A stretch of 64,000 nucleotides of DNA. It comes from a virus. Taxonomy: Duplodnaviria > Caudoviricetes. The first letter of the stretch is position 1, and every line of letters begins with the position of its first letter. The notes below the pieces were generated by a model that was given only the letters and a program-made list of their open reading frames with translations, ran no database searches and had not been told where the DNA came from. The translations under genes were made by a program, and so were the position numbers. The DNA is taken from the IMG/VR virus record IMGVR_UViG_3300025389_001063. One strand, given 5' to 3'. Positions 36,849-42,904 of the stretch are shown here, piece after piece.

Positions 36849-37277
36849 TTACGCGGGTATGTCAACCAGCTCCTTATCGCTGTTGCGGCACTCCCACTTG
36901 CCGTTTACATATACATAGGAGTAATCCTGCCCGCGATCATCTGCGAGGAACTCATAGATATCTTTATATTTGTGAGCCTTTGTGCATGTCTCACCACGAT
37001 CGCGTCCATACGCTTTACACCAGTTCTCGGTGCGGGCTTCATATGCGGCACGCTCTGCTTCAGGAACTTCAAACTGGCTAAAGGCATGCTTACGACCAAT
37101 CTTTGGTCCTAGCACAGATAAGTCCCCTAGCTTTATGAGATTAACGATCTTACTAGGAGTATTATAATGGTCCCGCAAGATACGACCATTATGCTCTGGA
37201 TAACCGTCCCAGTGGCAGTAGATGCCCTTAACAAACCCGTTCTCGTCCATAACACCGATTAAGCTGCGAGTGCCCAT
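36849..37277 (-). CDS. Phage/plasmid-type hypothetical protein
   Basis: MGTRSLIG...IYCHWDGYP motif. Confidence 0.75.
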   Translation of the reverse strand: MGTRSLIGVMDENGFVKGIYCHWDGYPEHNGRILRDHYNTPSKIVNLIKLGDLSVLGPKIGRKHAFSQFEVPEAERAAYEARTENWCKAYGRDRGETCTKAHKYKDIYEFLADDRGQDYSYVYVNGKWECRNSDKELVDIPA

Positions 37278-37435
37278 TGTAGGCTCCTTGTTAGCGTTTA
37301 TGATATTACTATAGCACCTTAGTCTTCTCTGTCAACCAAGTCCCATAGGTTGATCAAAGCATAGGAGACGAACAAACCAATCACACTACCAATTAACACG
37401 CCTACTATAAACATCGTTGTCTCCCTTGCTTATGA

Positions 37436-37648
37436 TTATATAATAACATCATCCCGGAATCTGTCAACCTCGGCTAAGTCACTAAAATCTATAGCAGTTC
37501 CCACGAGCCAACGACGCTTGGCTTCATTGGCTGTTGACATATCCTTATAGCCCACAGCGAATGCAAACTCGTCATCCTCCCAGAAGTTAACAACCCAAAT
37601 AGCATTGCCGTCTATAGTGAAGTCTATCTCTGATTTACATTCACGCAT
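37436..37648 (-). CDS. Hypothetical protein
   Basis: ATG 37648 with GGAG SD, own promoter. Confidence 0.6.
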   Translation of the reverse strand: MRECKSEIDFTIDGNAIWVVNFWEDDEFAFAVGYKDMSTANEAKRRWLVGTAIDFSDLAEVDRFRDDVII

Positions 37649-37711
37649 GATATGCTCTCCTATAGTCACAATAATAGCGTCGAATTGAATTATGTCAACC
37701 GACGCTATTGA

Positions 37712-38074
37712 TTAGAACTTTAAAGGTGGAACTGATTGTGGGATGCTACCAGGCACATTCGATGGCGGTGGAGTTACTGGCTTTCCTACTGACATAACCA
37801 ACGGGCTAACAAATGGAGAAAAATTATTCCATCCCTCTCCAGAAGCCGGAAGAGTGTTGTTATCAACTGGGGTAATATCTAATATTCTTCCCTGCCACGC
37901 AGCAACAGAACTAGCAGCCTGAGCCCAATTTAAAAGAGCATCTTCTGGATTGATCTGATTACTGAATACATAACGAATGGTGATGTCATATACTGTAGCA
38001 TCTAATCCCGCAGGAACCTGTGTCATTAGATACTGATTCTCTGAGAGTAATTCTGGATTCTTTGGTTGAGCCAT
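37712..38074 (-). CDS. Pro-rich hypothetical protein
   Basis: ATG 38074, GAGG SD; weakly similar to 38087..38305. Confidence 0.65.
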   Translation of the reverse strand: MAQPKNPELLSENQYLMTQVPAGLDATVYDITIRYVFSNQINPEDALLNWAQAASSVAAWQGRILDITPVDNNTLPASGEGWNNFSPFVSPLVMSVGKPVTPPPSNVPGSIPQSVPPLKF

Positions 38075-38086
38075 GCTATTCCTCAA

Positions 38087-38305
38087 TTAACCTATTTTAG
38101 TTACGTCTGTGATAGAAGTTCCTGGAACAAATGGAGGCTGAGTACTAGCGAACTTGCCAGTCATCATGTCTGCTAATAATTGTTCAATGTCTGAACCCTT
38201 AGGTATACTGAAATTCAAAGTGACACTGTAAATGTCATGTGAAGCATCAGGTACTAGGGGTGTTTCAAATAATTGTACTAATGTTGGATTTGTTGGTTTT
38301 ACCAT
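38087..38305 (-). CDS. Hypothetical protein
   Basis: TAAATA upstream (38337-38332), GGAG SD. Confidence 0.65.
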   Translation of the reverse strand: MVKPTNPTLVQLFETPLVPDASHDIYSVTLNFSIPKGSDIEQLLADMMTGKFASTQPPFVPGTSITDVTKIG

Positions 38306-38347
38306 AGTTTCTTCTCCCTTGCAAGGTAAACTATTTAGCCTGCTAGG

Positions 38348-38424
38348 TGGCGATTCCGGAACGATTCGAACGTTCGACCTGCTGATTAGAAGTCAGCTGC
38401 TCTATCCTGCTGAGCTACGGAATC
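38348..38424 (-). tRNA. trnR: tRNA-Arg(UCU)
   Basis: Cloverleaf, loop CT-TCT-AA, encoded CCA. Confidence 0.95.
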
Positions 38425-38425
38425 A

Positions 38426-38501
38426 TGGTGCCCGAAGACGGATTCGAACCGCCGACCTACTGATTACAAATCAGTTGCTCTACCAGCTGAGCTATTCGGG
38501 C
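38426..38501 (-). tRNA. trnT: tRNA-Thr(UGU)
   Basis: Cloverleaf, loop TT-TGT-AA, encoded CCA. Confidence 0.95.
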
Positions 38502-38686
38502 GCTTTTATATGCTGCTTCATCTTACGTCGGAACTCTGCTACACTGTGAAGTCTATATACTGCTTCACGAACACTAAGTCCCTCATGGTATGCTGAGTAT
38601 ATATCACCTCCGGTGACCTTGTCAATGGGAAATCCGACTGCTCTCAACTCATTAACAAATTGCTGAAATGCTGTTCCACTAGACAT
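38492..38686 (-). CDS. Hypothetical protein
   Basis: GGAGGG SD; the 3' end overlaps tRNA-Thr. Confidence 0.55.
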   Translation of the reverse strand: MSSGTAFQQFVNELRAVGFPIDKVTGGDIYSAYHEGLSVREAVYRLHSVAEFRRKMKQHIKAPE

Positions 38687-38706
38687 ATATCCCTCCCTAG
38701 ATGAAG

Positions 38707-38730
38707 AGTGGGCAGATTAACCGCCCACTA
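38707..38730 (-). terminator. Probable terminator hairpin after the HTH gene
   Basis: AGTGGGC...GCCCACT stem; weak U tract. Confidence 0.45.
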
Positions 38731-38741
38731 TTGTTTATTTA

Positions 38742-38987
38742 TTAAGCGAAGATCTTAGCGCGGCTACCTGTGATATCACGGGCACTCACAGCATACTTCG
38801 CACGTCCCTCTTGAGTCTTCTCACGACGAATCCGTAAACCAACAGCACGTAGATCGCTAATGCGAGCACGGAGGTTGCCAATGCCATATGTAGCACGAGC
38901 TTGAGCCTCTGTCAATGTGCGGCCAGTACCACGAAGATAGTCTTCAAGAAACTCTACCTGAGAAACTGTTAAATGAGTAAATGCCAT
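38742..38987 (-). CDS. Winged-HTH DNA-binding protein
   Basis: RTLTEAQARATYGIGNLRARISDLRAVG. Confidence 0.7.
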   Translation of the reverse strand: MAFTHLTVSQVEFLEDYLRGTGRTLTEAQARATYGIGNLRARISDLRAVGLRIRREKTQEGRAKYAVSARDITGSRAKIFA

Positions 38988-39070
38988 ATTGCCTATTCCT
39001 TTGTCAATGCGCTGTCTACAGCGTCTTTATACTATAACAGCGCATATGACAAAGATCAAGCAGTTTGGCT

Positions 39071-39364
39071 CTATTCGCTCTCAGGCTCGAATTCTTCTTC
39101 AGATATAGCATACTCTACCTGCTCGTCTAGCTCAAAGTAATAGCTCTCAAGCTCATCGCAGACACCGTCAATGTCATAACGATGCTCTGTATAATAGTCG
39201 TAGGCGTGAGCCAATTCCTTAGCACGAAGCGACTTAACAATGGTTTGGAGATGCTCTATAACATTCTCAATGTCAGCAGCTATATAACCTAAGTCGTCGC
39301 TGTCGACAATGTTTAAGTCCTGAGCTACGTTGAGATAAAACATGTTAGGTTCAAAGTCGCGCAT
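39071..39364 (-). CDS. Acidic hypothetical protein
   Basis: Promoter-like site near 39390, GAGG SD. Confidence 0.65.
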   Translation of the reverse strand: MRDFEPNMFYLNVAQDLNIVDSDDLGYIAADIENVIEHLQTIVKSLRAKELAHAYDYYTEHRYDIDGVCDELESYYFELDEQVEYAISEEEFEPESE

Positions 39365-39415
39365 GATAGCCTCTCTGTGTTGCTATAGCTTACAATAACA
39401 CAAACGACCCAAAAG

Positions 39416-39721
39416 TCAAACTCCCGACCACCTTACACTATTCCAATTGCGAGCAAGTATATTACCGCGGGCGAAGTTCTTAGCAGGTGACGCATAAGAA
39501 GCAGCCTTTAGAATGTCACCCTGCTTGAACTTGCCATCATCCTGCTTGACAATGAACGAGTGAACACTACGGTCTACAATGACCTTGACATACTTACTTC
39601 CATTAGTGAAATCAACCTTGCGTTCAGCTTCTTCTAATGTATACATACCCGTCTTAGCATAATCAGCCCTAATGTGATCAAGGTAATCTAAGAAGTTGAG
39701 TTGAAAGTCCTTGAAGCTCAT
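39416..39721 (-). CDS. Phage hypothetical protein
   Basis: KYVKV...VHSFI...GDILKAAS...PAKNFARGNI. Confidence 0.75.
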   Translation of the reverse strand: MSFKDFQLNFLDYLDHIRADYAKTGMYTLEEAERKVDFTNGSKYVKVIVDRSVHSFIVKQDDGKFKQGDILKAASYASPAKNFARGNILARNWNSVRWSGV

Positions 39722-39722
39722 G

Positions 39723-40052
39723 TTAACCCCTCTTGTCTGTGTTCAATACAGGACGATATTGACGAATTAACTCACGCTCTAATTTATGAGCAGCAACCTT
39801 ACCACGCACTATATACTCTGCTTTTATAACAGCTTCACGGCGATCTGTCAATGACCGAAGAGCGCTATAAAGTGACCAATGTAACCGGGCGGGATCATTC
39901 CTCCGGTACCAATGCTTACTAAGACGCGACCAGAGGCTTTTTGGAACAGTAGATTCAGTTTTCGCCGTGACGCCAACATATAGGTCTCCATCTATCGTTA
40001 TTGAATATACGATATGATTACGGTCCACTCGCTTTTTTCTTACTGCTTTCAT
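39723..40052 (-). CDS. GIY-YIG-like nuclease domain protein
   Basis: IVYSI...YVGVT...RLSKH...LERELI...P.LNT; probable leaderless start at 40052. Confidence 0.7.
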   Translation of the reverse strand: MKAVRKKRVDRNHIVYSITIDGDLYVGVTAKTESTVPKSLWSRLSKHWYRRNDPARLHWSLYSALRSLTDRREAVIKAEYIVRGKVAAHKLERELIRQYRPVLNTDKRG

Positions 40053-40088
40053 AATAACAATATACACTCAATTCCAAACTAGTCAACC

Positions 40089-40283
40089 ACTAGATATAGT
40101 CACTCAGAACACTAGATATAGTGGACTACATATAGTTACCCACTGACTACATATAGTAGGTTGACACTATATCTATAGACGCTATTATAGAATTATGAAA
40201 GCGAACCAGCAATAGCAGACTCGCTAGGGAGTATACTTCGGGGAACCCTGACCTCAAGGTCGTTTACATAAACAACATATAGT
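40089..40283. promoter_or_regulatory. ACTA(G/C)ATATAGT box cluster between divergent promoters
   Basis: Copies at 40089, 40111, 40125, 40146; variants at 40166 (reverse) and 40272; flanked by GTCAAC 40082 and GTTGAC 40160. Confidence 0.65.
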
Positions 40284-40285
40284 CC
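40195..40285 (+). ncRNA. Candidate small RNA A
   Basis: Follows TTGACA-N16-TATTAT; no SD/ORF beyond 6 codons; shares a 33-nt module with unit B. Confidence 0.5.
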
Positions 40286-40343
40286 CTGGTTGACATATAA
40301 AATTGTGACCTTATTATCATACTATAAGCAATAGGAGATCCCA

Positions 40344-40583
40344 ATGCGCAAACTGTCCTACTCAGAAGCCTTTGCTCGTATTGAATCCACATCCTGGACA
40401 GAATTGTATACAATGCTCTATGACTCCCACAAGGACTTCTATGGCTACAAGGGTCGCTATCTATATAACTATACCAAAGAGGAACTCCTCAATTGGTTTT
40501 CGGATCACTTCATGTGGGATAACGACGAACAGTTTTGGCGCAATCAAGTCCCCTTTTACGAATACAACCCGGAGGATATGTGA
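40344..40583 (+). CDS. Hypothetical protein
   Basis: LYDSHKDFYGYKGR motif; promoter at 40290, AGGAG SD. Confidence 0.75.
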   Translation: MRKLSYSEAFARIESTSWTELYTMLYDSHKDFYGYKGRYLYNYTKEELLNWFSDHFMWDNDEQFWRNQVPFYEYNPEDM

Positions 40584-40584
40584 T

Positions 40585-40806
40585 ATGCACTATGCTCAAT
40601 TCTATAATCAAACAGCCAAAGGTCTCCTCGAAGCTTGTGGTGATCGCGCTGTTATTATACTAGATGGTAGAGAATCACAGTGGAAGCAGGAACATACCGC
40701 AAGGCAGGAATGTGCCAAAAGAGGTTATGTGGCTTTTAGACTTTATAAAGGTGAGTCATTTACTCGTTCATGGCCAATCTCTCAAATCACAGTTTTGCCA
40801 GGTTGA
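40585..40806 (+). CDS. Phage hypothetical protein
   Basis: EACGDRAVIILDGR motif; ATG 40585 after GGAGG. Confidence 0.75.
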   Translation: MHYAQFYNQTAKGLLEACGDRAVIILDGRESQWKQEHTARQECAKRGYVAFRLYKGESFTRSWPISQITVLPG

Positions 40807-40836
40807 CGCACCCGCTAGTGATGTTAATATAACAAT

Positions 40837-40930
40837 ATAAAGCGCACACCCAATAGGGATCGCGTGATGGGTTCAAGTTCCGCCGAACTCTGACCTCCAG
40901 GTCGTTTACATAAACAAAATCGCGACCTAG
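40837..40930 (+). ncRNA. Candidate small RNA B
   Basis: Follows TTGACG-N16-TAATAT; homologous to unit A. Confidence 0.5.
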
Positions 40931-40946
40931 AAGATCACCCCAGGCG

Positions 40947-40981
40947 AATGTATACTATACCAATTCACTATAGTATACATT
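40947..40981. repeat. Perfect 12-bp inverted repeat
   Basis: AATGTATACTAT-N11-ATAGTATACATT at a convergence point. Confidence 0.75.
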
Positions 40982-40983
40982 AA

Positions 40984-41415
40984 CTACTTCTTCTGCTGTT
41001 TACATACTTCACCAGTGTTTACAGACTGAGTGCATACGTTTACATTAACTGTGGTGGGCGCTGCTACCGGAACCGGAACAGGGACTTTTTTGTATACAAC
41101 ACGACGCTTGACGACTACGCGATCTCTTACTATAATGCGATCTCTGTATACAACAGCAGGTGGCTGCTGAACTATTACAGCAGGCGGAGTCTCTATTACA
41201 ACAGGTGGCTGAGGAACTACTACTCGTCTCCTCACTATTACTTGCTGTGGATATAAGGTTTCCATAGAATCCACATATGGATTATATCCCGGTGGCGGTA
41301 ATGCTGTTTGTGGCGCAGCATATGGATATCCCGGTCCCGCTCCGGGATAATATTGGGCGTGAGCACTTCCCGCTATTAGTACACTAGATATAGTGGCAAT
41401 CACAATACGTTTCAT
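40984..41415 (-). CDS. Secreted Pro/Val-rich protein
   Basis: Signal peptide ...SAHA; PPVVIE/PPAVIV/PPAVVY repeats; GGGAG SD; own promoter. Confidence 0.7.
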   Translation of the reverse strand: MKRIVIATISSVLIAGSAHAQYYPGAGPGYPYAAPQTALPPPGYNPYVDSMETLYPQQVIVRRRVVVPQPPVVIETPPAVIVQQPPAVVYRDRIIVRDRVVVKRRVVYKKVPVPVPVAAPTTVNVNVCTQSVNTGEVCKQQKK

Positions 41416-41445
41416 GCTTTAGACTCCCTATAATAAGACTATACG

Positions 41446-41531
41446 ACGATATATAGTACCTGTCAACCATGGTCTTGGCGTGTTTTGAATGCTAGATATA
41501 GTAGATCTATACACTAGATATAGTGGTTGAC
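41446..41531. promoter_or_regulatory. Second divergent -35 pair with ACTAGATATAGT boxes
   Basis: GTCAAC 41462 and GTTGAC 41526; boxes at 41491 and 41513, variant 41446, extra copy 41383. Confidence 0.6.
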
Positions 41532-41712
41532 CGTGGTGACGACAGGCTTAGTTCAAATGGTATCTTTCCGATTTTGTCCAAGTTCTTCCTATTCACCACT
41601 ATATCGACAATCTATCTCTATAGTAGTTCGCCTGTCTAATCGCCGCGTTCAAGCCAGCGACTACTGTGGATCTCGTGTGCTTATAGCAGCGCCCACAGCT
41701 TTCCTAAGATGC

Positions 41713-41966
41713 ACAGCGGGGCCACTATGCATTAGGATCTCTATCGTCGTTTGCATGTATATCCAAAGGCGGCACAGCGGGGCCAGTAGTATTCCATTTA
41801 GTTCCTGCTAGTACCACCAATGGGATTGTTCTTTTTATAAAGTAAGTACCAGTTGTTACAGCGGGGCCTTTAAATACAGCATATGTTTTAACGGGACCTC
41901 TACTACGTTTACGATTAGCCTTTTTAAAGAAGTCTTTAAGATCGTTCATTATGTTACAGCGGGGCC
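41713..41966. repeat. Four exact direct copies of ACAGCGGGGCC
   Basis: At 41713, 41774, 41858, 41956. Confidence 0.85.
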
Positions 41967-42358
41967 TGTATGTAGAGTATCAGTATATGTATTTGTGCCT
42001 TCTATACGATCTAGTAGTGTCTGTTCTAGTTGTTCAACTTCTGCTTCTAGTGCTCTAGTTTCCCTATAAAGTTCTACTAGTCTGTCTTTCTTTGGTACTA
42101 GTATAAGATTGTATAGTGCTATTTCTTCTATGCTCATCATTGTGGATTTACTCTTTTCTTTAGTATAGCAAGTGTTCTATGATAGCGTTCGTTTAGTATG
42201 TTAAGACTATCAATAAGTTCGCTATATTCATTACTCAATCTATAGCGTTCTTTACTGTTTAGTATGTTAAGTCTATCTATAATATTACTACGTTCATCTA
42301 GTGTATTATTTGAAGTTATTTCTAGTTGTTCTATAGTCATTGTTATTAGATCTTCCAT
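41725..42358 (-). CDS. Three short coupled ORFs (42137..42358, 41949..42140, 41725..41949), uncertain
   Basis: Overlapping stop/start junctions but no recognisable motif; GPAV peptides derive from the 11-mer repeat. Confidence 0.35.
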
Positions 42359-42438
42359 TTGGGTCCCCTATAATGATGTTAGCAATAGTAGTAATAAAGG
42401 CCAGTATGACCAGCATCAGCATCAATGATTTAGACTGT

Positions 42439-42904
42439 TCAGTCATCACCAAATTCTACTATTTTATCTATGTGCATTATTTCATTTAGATCTTTTTCTA
42501 AGTTTTTTGAGTATCCTACTATATTTTGTATATCCATATGTTCGTAAGTAAGTAGTTCTTCTTCTAAGTGATTAATATAAGCAAGAGCATCTAGACTAAG
42601 TTCAGTATTTTGATTTTTCAGTTGATTTTTTAATTCTGTAATTTGCATCATATTTGTTCTCATTCACCAAGTCTTTTACACGTTGTATAACGTATGGTTG
42701 CTGTATAGGAGTCAATTTCACTACATCTTGTGCTATTTTAAGTTGTTCTTTAAGTGTGTTAATTTCGTTATTAATAGCATTTAGATCAATGTTATGTTCG
42801 TATACAGTAACTCTATCTTCTAGACGCTGTATATAGTCAAGAGCAGCAAGGCTCATCTGGGAATTGTGATTTTTGAGTAGTTGTTTCAGTTTCTTCGTGT
42901 TCAT
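42439..42904 (-). CDS. Two tandem paralogous coiled-coil ORFs (42602..42904, 42439..42663)
   Basis: LKxxLKNxNxxxSLxALxYIxxLExxxxxYEH in both. Confidence 0.6.

Larger units (their letters stand above)
30421..40087 (-). repeat. Dispersed array of at least 20 conserved sigma70-type early promoters
   Basis: Minus-strand GTTGAC-N11-AGGTGC-TAT(T/A)(A/G)TA with constant spacing; + strand starts 30421, 30632, 30965, 31158, 31416, 31665, 31905, 32338, 32570, 33957, 34232, 34769, 35125, 35559, 35919, 36141, 36837, 37307, 37439, 37670, with weaker copies near 39030, 39390 and 40060. Confidence 0.85.

Noticed and set aside
39723-40052. GIY-YIG gene as a mobile homing-endonuclease element
   Set aside because: Only about 110 aa with no DNA-binding tail, and not inside an intron or next to a conserved target; mobility is unsupported.
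30421-40087. Regularly recurring motif read as a CRISPR array
   Set aside because: The units between motifs are 150-1400 bp ORFs with SDs, the motif is a promoter consensus, and no cas genes are present.
40868-40884. GGGTTCAAGTTCC as the T-arm of a tRNA
   Set aside because: No acceptor, D or anticodon arms can be built; treated as part of candidate ncRNA B.
41527-41811. 94 aa + strand ORF
   Set aside because: It starts inside a -35 box, has no SD or motif, and overlaps the repeat region.
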